Assembly (NCBI GenBank): GCA_044226015.1
Contig: JBGAHS010000001.1
Span: forward strand, 576,001 to 640,000
DNA: 64,000 nt
From: Candidatus Obscuribacteraceae bacterium
Lineage (GTDB): Bacteria > Cyanobacteriota > Vampirovibrionia > Obscuribacterales > Obscuribacteraceae
Direction of reading: 5' to 3'
How positions within the stretch are numbered: the stretch's first letter is position 1; every line of letters starts with the position of its first letter. The position numbers and the translations under genes are program-made. This document shows, piece after piece, positions 1 to 9,658 of the stretch. Below the pieces are notes generated by a model that saw only the letters and a program-made list of their open reading frames with translations, made no database searches and was not told where the DNA came from.

Positions 1-270
1 GCTTCCCGCTAAAACTGAACTGACACCGCTGGTGATACCGTTGTCGCTGCCGCCGTTCTGACTAATGTTTACGGGATGCAGAGCAGGGCTATATCTAGGA
101 CCGCTGCTGGGCGCTCCGTTGTTTAACACACCCTGCAACACCGATGAGCTGGCACCTGGTCGCTGCATCGAACCCGTCGTCAGTCCTTCTGCCTGGGCCG
201 GAACCATCGTCATGGGATATATGCCAGCGGACAGCGCTGCCAGCATGCTCGACAACCTTTTTACCTTCAA
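1..270 (-). CDS. N-terminal part of a secreted protein (runs off the left edge; not in the ORF track)
   Basis: Hand translation from TTG at 270: MKVKRLSSMLAALSAGIYPMTMVPAQA-EGLTTG..., open for 90 codons to the edge; Sec signal-peptide pattern (basic N-terminus, hydrophobic core, AQA site). Confidence 0.6.
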   Translation of the reverse strand, partial: MKVKRLSSMLAALSAGIYPMTMVPAQAEGLTTGSMQRPGASSSVLQGVLNNGAPSSGPRYSPALHPVNISQNGGSDNGITSGVSSVLAGS

Positions 271-959
271 GGTTTGTTTCTGTCCGTCATAACGTACGTT
301 CTTTTTCATTTTGGCTCCTGGCAAACCGCCACACGCGTTGCACAAATGCGTTCATGCATTTGTTTTGTATCTACGAAAAATGAATCTCCTGCTCGAGGAT
401 TCTCCGGTGAATCCAGAGTGACCCATCCTCTGAACATCAAAGGTCAATGATAAAACACCGCAGATTAAATGGTAAGTACTTTGTAGCAAAATTTGCGACT
501 TTCTTAGCGTATTTCCGCTAGGGTCTCCGCGGCATATCCGTAATCGCTTCGAGATTGCCATGAGCAGTTGCGGGCGCCCCGAAATAGTCATTCCCTCTGG
601 TTTGTAATAGGACCAAGAGCATTCGTTTGCGCCAGCGCTATTAGAGCATTGTGCTTTAGAACAGAAAACTTACCAACTCTGCGCTAATAGAGCTCTCTGT
701 CAGGCACCCTCATGTGTCCCGCAGTGTGCCCCTTTTCTCTTCTCAAGGAGCAAACCGCACGTTGTCATCCCAGCTCCAAAATTTTGAAGCAAATCGCGCT
801 AACCATAAATTGTTAAATGGAAAACAATCCTGAATTCACCACGACATGGGGGCACATCGCGCAGCCAATGTATCAACATGGATTCTGGCAGAGTTCAGCT
901 CGCTTGTGCTGTGCTCGCCAAGCCACAAGTAAGCTAAGCTATCAGTAATCGCGTTGCGT

Positions 960-1253
960 TTATTTTTTCTCGCAGGTTTTATCAGTGGCTTTCGCTAAAG
1001 GAATAACGACAGCTGGGTTTGAGCGAGCTAGCCTGAAAATTTGCAAAGACTCAGAGCCGTCCGCACTTTCGCTGGAACTTGTGATCGTATAGGGACGCCA
1101 TCCTGATGCTTCACGTGTCTTCTGAACCAGGCTTGGCCAACCACAAGAACCAACTTCTTCCAGCAGATGGCGCGCTGTAATGCCGTCGCCCTCCTGAAGT
1201 GATTTGTTCAACTTGTCAGCCTGCGTATCAGTTACTTCGAAATTTTCTGCCAT
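960..1253 (-). CDS. Small hypothetical protein (~97 aa)
   Basis: Open frame MAENFEVTDTQADKLN..., AGGT upstream of the ATG at 1253, protein-like composition; no recognised motif. Confidence 0.5.
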   Translation of the reverse strand: MAENFEVTDTQADKLNKSLQEGDGITARHLLEEVGSCGWPSLVQKTREASGWRPYTITSSSESADGSESLQIFRLARSNPAVVIPLAKATDKTCEKK

Positions 1254-1368
1254 TCTTGCTACCTGCAATCTTCCAACGCCTGTTTTGAGAATACACTTTC
1301 TTTCAGCTTCGGAAATGTGTATCTTACGCAGGTTTTGGGCTGTGGCTGGGCCGATTTATTTCAAAAAA

Positions 1369-2133
1369 TTAGCCCTTGCGCCTTCTGCCAGCAAGCTGCC
1401 GAGCAGCTTGAAGTCCTCTCAGAAGCTGCAATGGATGCGGAGGACAGCCAGGAATGAACAGGTCGACGGGCAGAATACTCTGAACTCCGTTAGCCTCAGC
1501 ATAGCCGTGTTCGTGCATGCCCCCTGAGATAGCACATGTACCACATGCAATCACAATTCTTGGGTCTGACATTGCGTCATAGCAAGACAATAATGCGTGA
1601 TGCATTGCTTTTGGTACTGGTCCTGTGACCACCAGAGCATCTGCATATCTTGGTGACGCCACGACGTGAATGCCAAAACGTTCAGCATCAAAAATAGGGT
1701 TGTTTGCTGCGGACAATTCTAAGTCACACGCAGAACAGCCAGTCGAAACTACTCGAACAGCAAAAGATGATTGAAACAATCCTCCTTGCGCAGCGCTGTC
1801 TTCGGCTGCTTTGCTTTTGCTGCTAAAAAGTAAATCTTCTCGTTTGAAGGCATATGTTGCTGTTGAAAGGTCGTTTGCAAAAATTTTCTCGGGGCAAGTA
1901 TCGATGCATTGCGCACAGGTTATGCACGCCCCCCTATCGACTACAATGCCACCGCTTTGATTTTGCGTGATTGCGTTTGTAGGACAGAGATCGATACATT
2001 CTGTGCATGAGTCTTTGCAATCATCAGATGTGACAAGTGGAAATCCCAGAAGTGACTTATCCTCCAAGGTTTCAGGAAGTTTCTTGTTGGTGACCACACC
2101 GTTCTGAATCAGGTAAGAGAGTAGGCGAAGCAT
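1369..2133 (-). CDS. Ehr/hydrogenase-4-like small subunit (NuoB/HyfI-like) fused to an N-terminal 2x[4Fe-4S] ferredoxin domain (HyfH-like)
   Basis: CKDSCTECIDLCP and CITCAQCIDTCP ferredoxin motifs; GCSACDLE, ASPRYADALVVTGPV, ACGTCA and PGCPPHP motifs of the NuoB/HycG family. Confidence 0.9.
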   Translation of the reverse strand: MLRLLSYLIQNGVVTNKKLPETLEDKSLLGFPLVTSDDCKDSCTECIDLCPTNAITQNQSGGIVVDRGACITCAQCIDTCPEKIFANDLSTATYAFKREDLLFSSKSKAAEDSAAQGGLFQSSFAVRVVSTGCSACDLELSAANNPIFDAERFGIHVVASPRYADALVVTGPVPKAMHHALLSCYDAMSDPRIVIACGTCAISGGMHEHGYAEANGVQSILPVDLFIPGCPPHPLQLLRGLQAARQLAGRRRKG

Positions 2134-2143
2134 TTTTTTTACC

Positions 2144-3616
2144 TCACAGGTCGTGGCCGCTATAGGACAGTGCGAAACTTTTATTGCATATTGGGAAATC
2201 TGCCACCAGGTTGTTGCGCACAGCGATGGCGAGAGCGGTCCAATTGTTTACGCTGGGATCTTTTATGCAATATCGTTTTATTGCTCCGTTTGAGTCAGTG
2301 AATAATAGATGAATCAGTTCGCCGCGGTGGGCTTCTGTGATGCCTACAGCAACTGCATTTTTTGGCAGGGTTTTCAGTGCAGGGGGAATTTTAAGTGTTG
2401 AACAATTGATGTCCTCCACAAGCAATTCCAATAGATTCAAGCTAGATTTTATTTCTCGAATTCGAACCTTTGCACGTGAGAAGACATCTCCATTTGGCTC
2501 GGTCACGAGCTCAAATTTCTCTGCAGGAAATTTGCCATCACTGTAAAACTGTCTGCAATCGTAATTCACTCCTGAGGCACGAGCGCCAACTCCCACTATG
2601 CCGAAATCTAGAGCAAGTCTCTGAGATACCTTTCCGACTTTGTCCATTCTGTCGGCTAGAACTTGATTGTCAAAGAAAAAATCAAAAACCGGTCCGAGCT
2701 TCTTTCGCAAATCAGCAGCCGTTTCTTTGAACTCACTCAATGCCTCTTTTGATGGAACACGAGTAACACCGCCGGGGCAAACATAGGCGCGCATAAAGCG
2801 ATTGCCGCCGAGCAATTCACCAAGTCGCAGGGCTATACCCCTTAGTCTTGCCATTGAAGATGATATCGCAAGAAAACCGACGTCCCCAGCCAGTCCACCA
2901 AGGTCTGCAATGTGCATCGCGATTCGCTCTACTTCGAGTGCTGCGTTGCGAAGTAGAGACATGCTCGCTGGCACGTCGATTTCTGCTAGTGATTCCAGTA
3001 CTGTGGCGTTTGCCAGTGCATTGGCGACTGCCATGTCACTTGCAGTGGCTTCTGCCAGGAAGCGCGTCTTTGCAATTGGCACCTCTGTCATGCGTTTTTC
3101 GACACCTCGATGAAGGTAGCCCAATCTTATTTCCAGATTGAGGATGATTTCACCTGAGCAACTAAATCTAAAATGTCCCGGCTCGATGATGCCAGCGTGA
3201 ATTGGACCCACCGGTATCTCATAAATGCCTTCGCCTTCGACATCGAGAAAGGTGTACTTGCGATCATTGGCTGTGCGTTCAAGCTTTGCCAGGGGAGGCG
3301 GCACAAAAGCAAAGGGCTCATGCAGGTGCGTGTGTTTGAGCCTTGGATGTCCCTCTGGCATCAGTCCAAACATATCCCAGATAGTTCTTTCAAACCAATG
3401 AGCCTGCGGAACAGATGGAGTGATGGAATGATAGTTGTCGCCTGTGATTGGCGTTTCAAAGCACTGAATATGGTGCTTCTCTGGCGAAACTAGCAATGTG
3501 ATAAGTTGGCTTCCATCAATTGAGGTAATGGCTGCAAGTCGATTGCCAGCACCAAGTTGAGATTTGATGGATGACGTTCTTTCATCTAGTTCGAGATGTT
3601 GTAGCTCTATTTTCAT
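2144..3616 (-). CDS. Ehr large subunit (NuoC+NuoD/HyfG-like) lacking the Ni-binding cysteines
   Basis: WFERTIWDMFGL (NuoC-like), VGPIHAGIIEPGHFRF, GYLHRGVEK, EAHRGE, DPS, and C-terminal DFPICNKSFALSYSGHDL; neither CxxC Ni motif is present. Confidence 0.9.
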   Translation of the reverse strand: MKIELQHLELDERTSSIKSQLGAGNRLAAITSIDGSQLITLLVSPEKHHIQCFETPITGDNYHSITPSVPQAHWFERTIWDMFGLMPEGHPRLKHTHLHEPFAFVPPPLAKLERTANDRKYTFLDVEGEGIYEIPVGPIHAGIIEPGHFRFSCSGEIILNLEIRLGYLHRGVEKRMTEVPIAKTRFLAEATASDMAVANALANATVLESLAEIDVPASMSLLRNAALEVERIAMHIADLGGLAGDVGFLAISSSMARLRGIALRLGELLGGNRFMRAYVCPGGVTRVPSKEALSEFKETAADLRKKLGPVFDFFFDNQVLADRMDKVGKVSQRLALDFGIVGVGARASGVNYDCRQFYSDGKFPAEKFELVTEPNGDVFSRAKVRIREIKSSLNLLELLVEDINCSTLKIPPALKTLPKNAVAVGITEAHRGELIHLLFTDSNGAIKRYCIKDPSVNNWTALAIAVRNNLVADFPICNKSFALSYSGHDL

Positions 3617-3620
3617 CTTA

Positions 3621-5042
3621 CTACCACAGTAATTTTGGTGCGGATGTTAAGCCGCAAATGATACTCAGCAAAATCAAAATGGCAGGTATGATACTCGATT
3701 GAATGACTGGTAGAGCCACCACACCTTGCTTCGGAGTGCCTGAGACCATTTTTCCAACGTGCATTGTCACAGAAAGGAAACTCAGCACCAGGGCGATAAG
3801 CAAGACAGCAACAACGCCCCACATATTGTGCTCGGCTCCATTTGCAAGCAAAAGCCACTCTGCTGCAAATGCACCGAATGGTGGCGCTCCTGTAACTGCA
3901 AAAGCGCCCAGCAAAAGACCTATTGCCCAGGCAGGGTTTGCCGCGAATAGTCCTCTGATCTCATTAAGTGATTTTGTTCCAGTTGCTTGAATTATATTGC
4001 CTGAAAGGAGGAACAAGGCAACTTTTGGTGCACTGTGATTGAGTGCCAAAATAAATAAAAGTGGACCAGAATCCAGCCCGATTGCAATTAGCATCAGTCC
4101 TGCGCTCTCTATACTCGAATATGCAAACAATCGCTTGATTCCGTGTTGTCTGATCAAGAAGATGCTTGCCATCAGTACAGTTATTACACCCATTGCGATA
4201 GCCGTGTTTTCTATGAGAATCTTGTGACCTGAAGCGAAAACTATCTCGGACACGCGGAAGATTGAAAAGATTGTGCAGTTCAGGAGTCCGCCCGAAAGCA
4301 TGGCTGATGCTGGCGCTGGAGACTCCGAGTAAGCATCTGGAAGCCAGCCGTGTAAAGGGAAAATTCCAGCTTTTGTGCCGTAACCAAGCAGGCAGAACAG
4401 GAATCCTAACCGTAGCAAAGGATACTGAAGATGTTTTGCATTGCTAATGAGGGTTTGCAAATCGAGAGAACCCTCCGGCGTGGCACCATATTGGCTGGAA
4501 GCGAAAATGCACATCGTTCCGAACAGTGCAAAGGCTATGCCCACGCTGCAAATCATCAAGTATTTCCAGGCGGCCTCAAGCGCGTGCTTATTGCGGTGAA
4601 AATAGACGAGCGGGGCTGAACAGAGGGTCGTAGCTTCAACGCTAATCCACAAGAAACCAAGATTGTTGCAAAAGAATACTGAGGTCATCGCAAGCAGAAA
4701 TAAGGTGGCGCAAGTATAAAAGATACGCAGCTGTATGAGCCTGTCGCTTGCCTGCTCATCGTCTCGTTGAAAAAATAGATGAGCATGCGTCATAGACGAC
4801 GCCACCACAAGTTGTATCAGAACGCAAAAGCTGGCACCCAAATGCGAAATGCTGAACTCTTTAGCAAGTGTGAATTCAGGTACTGTGCCGCTGAGCACCG
4901 GCATGAGGACATAAACGACTATTCCCATTTGCACCCAGAACAGCAAAGCTGAAAGGGAGCTTATGATATTAGTTTGTTTGATTGTCCAAACAAGTAGCAA
5001 TATCACTGCCGGTATGACTAAAAGAAGAGGAAGTGCTGGCAT
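3621..5042 (-). CDS. hyfF: Hydrogenase-4 component F-like proton-translocating membrane subunit
   Basis: Multi-TM; WISVEATTL, LEAAWKY, GYGTKAGIFPLHGWLPDAYSESPAPASAMLSG, IKRLFAYSS. Confidence 0.85.
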   Translation of the reverse strand: MPALPLLLVIPAVILLLVWTIKQTNIISSLSALLFWVQMGIVVYVLMPVLSGTVPEFTLAKEFSISHLGASFCVLIQLVVASSMTHAHLFFQRDDEQASDRLIQLRIFYTCATLFLLAMTSVFFCNNLGFLWISVEATTLCSAPLVYFHRNKHALEAAWKYLMICSVGIAFALFGTMCIFASSQYGATPEGSLDLQTLISNAKHLQYPLLRLGFLFCLLGYGTKAGIFPLHGWLPDAYSESPAPASAMLSGGLLNCTIFSIFRVSEIVFASGHKILIENTAIAMGVITVLMASIFLIRQHGIKRLFAYSSIESAGLMLIAIGLDSGPLLFILALNHSAPKVALFLLSGNIIQATGTKSLNEIRGLFAANPAWAIGLLLGAFAVTGAPPFGAFAAEWLLLANGAEHNMWGVVAVLLIALVLSFLSVTMHVGKMVSGTPKQGVVALPVIQSSIIPAILILLSIICGLTSAPKLLW

Positions 5043-5045
5043 CAG

Positions 5046-5699
5046 TTACTCCTTCAAGTCGGCGAGCATTGTCACATCAATGTGCTCGAAATTCTTCTTG
5101 ATTCTGAATGCAATCAAACCTGCAATCATCACGCCTGCAAGCACATCGAGGAAAATGCCGGTTTCAACAAGCAGCGGCATGCCATGTGTTTGAGTCAACC
5201 CAAAAAGATATATGCCATTTTCTAGAACCAAAAATCCGATTATCTGGCTCAGCGCAATTCTTCGCGTTAGCATCAAGACCAGTCCAGTGCAAACCAGAGA
5301 TATCGCCGAGGTGGCACTTGGCCAGCCAGCTCCGCTAAGAGCAGGAACAGGAAGTTGTTTAGCGAGAATATATGAAAGCGCCATGAATCCGATGGATAAG
5401 TGCATCGCCAGTGGTGAAGCCAGGAGGGTACCGCTATCTCTTTGAACATCTACCTTACGAATGATGAACATCAAAAATACGGGAATGCCTATGGCTTTAA
5501 TCGCATAGAAAGCGACTGCAATCAGATACAAATGTGTGCTTGCTCGTTTTGCCGCAAAGAGGGCTGTAACAATTGCCAGCAATATTGTTTGAATCGAAAA
5601 CATTGATACATTCAGGCGTAAATGCGTTGAGCCCACCATTAGGGCGGCTACTACTGCCGAGAGCAAGCAAATCAAGTCTATGGAAGATAGGTGCGTCAT
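5046..5699 (-). CDS. hyfE: Hydrogenase-4 component E-like membrane subunit
   Basis: SQIIGFLVLENGI and MPLLVETGIFLD motifs; start at ATG 5699, overlapping the upstream TGA (ATGA), with GGAG upstream. Confidence 0.85.
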   Translation of the reverse strand: MTHLSSIDLICLLSAVVAALMVGSTHLRLNVSMFSIQTILLAIVTALFAAKRASTHLYLIAVAFYAIKAIGIPVFLMFIIRKVDVQRDSGTLLASPLAMHLSIGFMALSYILAKQLPVPALSGAGWPSATSAISLVCTGLVLMLTRRIALSQIIGFLVLENGIYLFGLTQTHGMPLLVETGIFLDVLAGVMIAGLIAFRIKKNFEHIDVTMLADLKE

Positions 5700-6616
5700 A
5701 TGATTGTTACTCCTATTGCCACAAGAGAAGCGATCAGGGCAAAGGTCAGAGCGTAAGCGATGAACTCTGGTGCTTTGCGCCAGTTGAGTTTTACCACCAG
5801 AGACTCGAAGACGCCGACAGTTAGAGCCACGCTGCAGGTCGCCGCAATGCTTGCCAGCGACAGTTGCCAGTGATTGAGTCTTTGTATTGATGACAATGAA
5901 TGAAGGTAGCACTGAGCTGACAGACCAAACAAAATCGTCAAGCGTAAGCAATGTCCATATTCGAAAAGCGCGAGGTTTTTTCCTGAAGCTTCAAGAATCA
6001 TCGCTTCGTGAACCATCGTGAGTTCAAGGTGTGTGGTCGGGTCATCGATTGGCATTCTGGAGAGCTCTACCAGGCTTGCTAGCAAGAAAGCTGTTGCGGA
6101 CATAACCCAAATAGCTGGATTGCAATTGGTTTGTGCAAAAATCACGTTCAAGTCTGATGAATGCGCTGACACAGCTAATGCAGCCAGGCTAAGCACCGCT
6201 GCCGGTTCTGTCAAAAATGAAAGGGTTGCTTCTCTGCTAGCTGCAAAGGCTCCGAAGGCAGAGCCTGTGTCCATAGCTGCTAGCATTGTCACAAGTCTGA
6301 TTCCAGCAAACATGTACAAAACCAAGAAAAGATCACACGGTCCCAAATTTGGTTTCGGCGATATCCAGGGCAAAATCATTGATAAATAAACTGAGCCAGC
6401 GACACCAAATGCAGCTGAGAAACGAAATACCCATGATGCTGTTTCGCTCAGTGTTTCGTTTTTTCGAAGCAACTTTACGAGGTCTAGCAACGGCTGCCAG
6501 ATAGGTGAACCAACGCGGTTTTGTAATCGAGCTTTTGTTTTGCGAAGCAGACCCAAAACCAGCCCAGGCAAAATCAGCGTATAAACAAGTAAGCATGCAA
6601 AATCGATGCTTACCAT
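5696..6616 (-). CDS. hyfC: Hydrogenase-4 component C / NuoH-like membrane subunit
   Basis: KARLQNRVGSPIWQPLLDLVKL, GSAFGAFAASRE, RMPIDDPTTHLELTMVHEAMILE; start at ATG 6616 overlapping the hyfB-like stop. Confidence 0.87.
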   Translation of the reverse strand: MVSIDFACLLVYTLILPGLVLGLLRKTKARLQNRVGSPIWQPLLDLVKLLRKNETLSETASWVFRFSAAFGVAGSVYLSMILPWISPKPNLGPCDLFLVLYMFAGIRLVTMLAAMDTGSAFGAFAASREATLSFLTEPAAVLSLAALAVSAHSSDLNVIFAQTNCNPAIWVMSATAFLLASLVELSRMPIDDPTTHLELTMVHEAMILEASGKNLALFEYGHCLRLTILFGLSAQCYLHSLSSIQRLNHWQLSLASIAATCSVALTVGVFESLVVKLNWRKAPEFIAYALTFALIASLVAIGVTII

Positions 6617-8568
6617 AGCAATGTACCTGCGAGCACCAGGACAACCAGCGTTACGCAAACGTACATCAGATATAGATGTATGCTGCCAGCTTGCAGTTTT
6701 GCCACGAGCTGTGAAAGGCGAACTAAAAACGCAGCTGCGGGCTCATAAACCCTTGATTCAAGCAAAGATACCATCGATGGGTCAACGACAATCTTCTCTG
6801 GAAAGTGTCTTCGGTCTTGTCCTGTGATTTCTACTGTGAGGTGGTACTGCAAAACCGGAGTGAAAATTCTTGCGATAGGTTGGGCAAAGCTGTCTGCTGT
6901 AACCTGGCTCTTACTCGTTCCTGAGCCAAAGCCACAATCCCAGGTTATGTATTTGTCTGGAGCACGCTTCAAAATGAGAATGTAAATCAATGACAGGGTG
7001 AAAACGAGAGCAATTGCAACTTGCCAGAGTGGTATTTGAGCAAAAGAGATTGCCAGTGCTTGATTCCCAAAAGCCTGATTAAGCAGAGGCTTAATTGGCG
7101 CGATCAGCCATTTAGCGCTAACGCCGGTGCCGATGCAAGCAAGCGCCAGAATAATTTGCGCTGCAAGCATATCTCGTGGAACTTCGCTTGCATTTTTTGT
7201 TCTAGTTGAACGTGGATTGCCGAGAAATGCAACACCGATGGCTTTTGCATAAGTTGCAATCGACAGCGCCCCGACTGCGGCCAGCACGCCTATGGCGGCG
7301 ACAGCGATGGCTCTGTCTAAGAGTGTTGGCATCGTAAACGATGATTGTAGAAGTGCCTGGTAGAGGCACCACTTACTTGCAAAAATGTTTAATGGCGGCA
7401 ATGCGCAAATCGCTGCGCTACCGAGGAAGAAACAAACCCCCGTGAATGGCATGTTTTTGTTCAGTCCACCGAGTACGGCAAAATCACGCGAGTGCGTTGC
7501 GAAATCTACTGAGCCAGCGCTCAGGAAGAGCAAGCTTTTGCAGAGCGCGTGAGCAAAGCAATGCAATAAAGCTGCTAAGAGTGCAATTTCGGCAAGCGCC
7601 GCTAGCCCCATATTTTTAGCCCAGATGCATAATGCCAGTGACATACATATGAGACCGACATTTTCAACGGTGCTGTATGCCAGAAGTCTTTTAAGCTCGC
7701 GCTGGTTAATTGCGAACAGGACACCCCAAAATGCTGAAACTGTTGCCATGGCAAACGCAATGTATGCCAGTACCTGGGAACTTAAATTTCCGAGTACAAA
7801 GAATCTGATGATGGCATAGATAGCTACCTTAACCATTACTCCGCTCATTAAGGCTGATACCGGACTTGGTGCCTCTGGGTGCGCGTGTGGTAGCCAGATG
7901 TGAAAAGGCCAGACTCCAGCTTTTACAATAAGTCCGAACAGAATCAGTCCTGCAGCCAGGTAAGTAGATGGTTCGGCGAATTGCCAGGACGAAAAGTCGA
8001 CGCTATGGAACTTTGCATACATCATCAAGAAACCCGCGGACAAAAATGCGCTGGCGAGCCTGGTGGCAACCAGGTATATGAAAGATGCATGTTGCGCTCG
8101 TTGTTTTCTGTACTCAGAAACCACAAGTAATGCTGATGACAGTGACATCATTTCCCAACAAACAAGAAAGACGACTGCATTTGCAGAGAGGATTACACCG
8201 ACCATTCCAGCTACAAAAGCGAAGATGGCAGTCCAGTATATGCGTGAATTTATCGTCTCTTTCAAATGATCTAGATATGGCGGCGAGTAAATTGCACAGC
8301 AAGAGCAAACGATGCCCAAAATCAATACGAAAAAGTTTGCAAGTAGATCCGCCCGCAGAACCACTGGTACGAAGCCAATCGCGACCCAGGGCGGAGCCTG
8401 CCATGCAATGTTAGTGTTCCATGTGATCAGCGCCCCCGAAGCAAGCGCTACGCCAATGATTAGCAGAAAGAATGAGGAAATGCGATTTCCAAGTTTCAAA
8501 AATGCAGAGAGGACTGCAAAAACTGCGGGAGCAAAAAAGGATACTGCTGGGACTAATTCAGTCGTCAT
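6610..8568 (-). CDS. hyfB: Hydrogenase-4 component B-like antiporter-type membrane subunit
   Basis: WEMMSLSS, KAGVWPFHIWLPHAHPEAPSPVSALMSGVMVK, LKRLLAYSTVENVG, WDCGF, LQAGSIHLYL. Confidence 0.9.
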   Translation of the reverse strand: MTTELVPAVSFFAPAVFAVLSAFLKLGNRISSFFLLIIGVALASGALITWNTNIAWQAPPWVAIGFVPVVLRADLLANFFVLILGIVCSCCAIYSPPYLDHLKETINSRIYWTAIFAFVAGMVGVILSANAVVFLVCWEMMSLSSALLVVSEYRKQRAQHASFIYLVATRLASAFLSAGFLMMYAKFHSVDFSSWQFAEPSTYLAAGLILFGLIVKAGVWPFHIWLPHAHPEAPSPVSALMSGVMVKVAIYAIIRFFVLGNLSSQVLAYIAFAMATVSAFWGVLFAINQRELKRLLAYSTVENVGLICMSLALCIWAKNMGLAALAEIALLAALLHCFAHALCKSLLFLSAGSVDFATHSRDFAVLGGLNKNMPFTGVCFFLGSAAICALPPLNIFASKWCLYQALLQSSFTMPTLLDRAIAVAAIGVLAAVGALSIATYAKAIGVAFLGNPRSTRTKNASEVPRDMLAAQIILALACIGTGVSAKWLIAPIKPLLNQAFGNQALAISFAQIPLWQVAIALVFTLSLIYILILKRAPDKYITWDCGFGSGTSKSQVTADSFAQPIARIFTPVLQYHLTVEITGQDRRHFPEKIVVDPSMVSLLESRVYEPAAAFLVRLSQLVAKLQAGSIHLYLMYVCVTLVVLVLAGTLLW

Positions 8569-8810
8569 TTAGAAATCGGTTTTCCTCTTTGCTAAGCCAA
8601 TCACAAAGTCCCCTCCATTACTGAATAACAGAAAAGTATTTAGTGGAAATCATTATTCCGGTTGATTGGAAGGTTGATTTTGCTTCTCGAAGGGCTGATT
8701 TGCTTGTGATTGGGAATCCTGTGTCAGTATGACTGAGAAGTAAAGTGCCCTGGATGTGCTTTCCTGTGTGCATTGTGCGATCTTTCATTGCTTCTTGCGG
8801 CTCTTTGGAG

Positions 8811-8848
8811 GCATCTGCGAATATACGTATATTCGAAGATGCTAACAC
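8811..8848. promoter_or_regulatory. Putative ArsR-family operator, copy 1 (32-bp near-perfect palindrome upstream of the ehr operon)
   Basis: GCATCTGCGAATATACGTATATTCGAAGATGC (8811-8842), one mismatched pair; contains the shared ATAT-N4-ATAT core. Confidence 0.65.
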
Positions 8849-8926
8849 GCAATTGTGGCCGCCATGTGACCACCGGAAACCTATGAACGTGTTCCATTGC
8901 AAAGAGCAAACTGTTTTTTTTGAGTC

Positions 8927-9244
8927 TTAAAGTGATTCGAGCATGTCTTTCACACCAACCAGGTGGTTGTTGAAAATTTCCTTTGCCACATCAAGCATTT
9001 TGAATATTGTCGGGTCAGTGCAAGCGTAGTAAATGTTGCTGCCTTGTTTTCGACCGACGACAATGTTTTTTGAGCGAAGTATGGAAAGCTGCTGCGAAAC
9101 ATTGGCAGCTTCTACATCTAGTCGAGACTTAAGTTCAGATACAGTCAGTTCGCCATTTCGCAATTCGTCCAGAATATTTATTCTTAGCGGACTGGCAAGC
9201 GCCTTGAAAAATTCGGCTTTAAATTCCTGCAATTTGTTCGGCAT
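8927..9244 (-). CDS. ArsR/SmtB-family transcriptional regulator (Rv0081-like)
   Basis: KAEFFKALASPLRINIL...ELTVSEL...NVSQQLSILR...GSNIYY; resembles Rv0081, which heads the M. tuberculosis hyc/ehr operon; same orientation as the ehr genes. Confidence 0.9.
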   Translation of the reverse strand: MPNKLQEFKAEFFKALASPLRINILDELRNGELTVSELKSRLDVEAANVSQQLSILRSKNIVVGRKQGSNIYYACTDPTIFKMLDVAKEIFNNHLVGVKDMLESL

Positions 9245-9277
9245 AAACTTGACTCGCGATACGTTGATTATTTGATG

Positions 9278-9305
9278 ATATACGCATATTGAAAAATTTT
9301 GTAGT
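9278..9305. promoter_or_regulatory. Putative ArsR-family operator, copy 2 (upstream of arsR1)
   Basis: ATATACGCATATTGAAAAATTTTGTAGT, ~34 bp upstream of the arsR1 start; more degenerate than other copies. Confidence 0.45.
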
Positions 9306-9577
9306 GCATTTTGTATTGCTCAGCAGCAATAATAGCCATCCTTTTAATGTATTTTGTCGAGCATTAGCAACAGAAAGATTTGATCGACAAAAATGATCTA
9401 GAAAAAGTGGATCGCTCACTCTTCGGAAACAAGAATTGATCACCATATGTGGTGGCGGTATGAGTCTGAACTCGCATGCCGTAAACAAGTCTTTCGCCAG
9501 TCTTTCGCCAGCTCTCTTATGCAGGAAGGCTTTGCGAAAGCCTGATGAAAGGCTCGTGAAAGCTTTGAAAAATCTTG

Positions 9578-9605
9578 ATATGCATATATTCAAACTCTTG
9601 CATAT
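9578..9605. promoter_or_regulatory. Putative ArsR-family operator, copy 3 (upstream of the ABC exporter operon)
   Basis: ATATGCATATATTCAAACTCTTGCATAT; the last 20 bp reverse-complement to ATATGCAAGAGTTTGAATAT, matching the other copies. Confidence 0.65.
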
Positions 9606-9658
9606 TTACATGCGTCATGTTAATTTCAATCTTACGACCTTCAGTGGTGACATAAGAA

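Noticed and set aside
640..780. Possible glycine-riboswitch-like words (TCAGG, AAGGAGCAA)
   Set aside because: The elements are in the wrong order and I could not build the conserved fold.
2144..3616. True [NiFe]-hydrogenase / formate hydrogenlyase large subunit
   Set aside because: Both Ni-binding CxxC motifs are absent and there are no maturation or formate dehydrogenase genes nearby.
5700..5951. N-terminal 84-aa extension of the hyfE-like ORF in the track
   Set aside because: It overlaps the hyfC-like gene; ATG 5699 has an RBS and an ATGA overlap.
8618..8930. Short ORFs between arsR1 and hyfB
   Set aside because: No motifs or good RBS, and the region carries the palindromic operator, so it is treated as regulatory.
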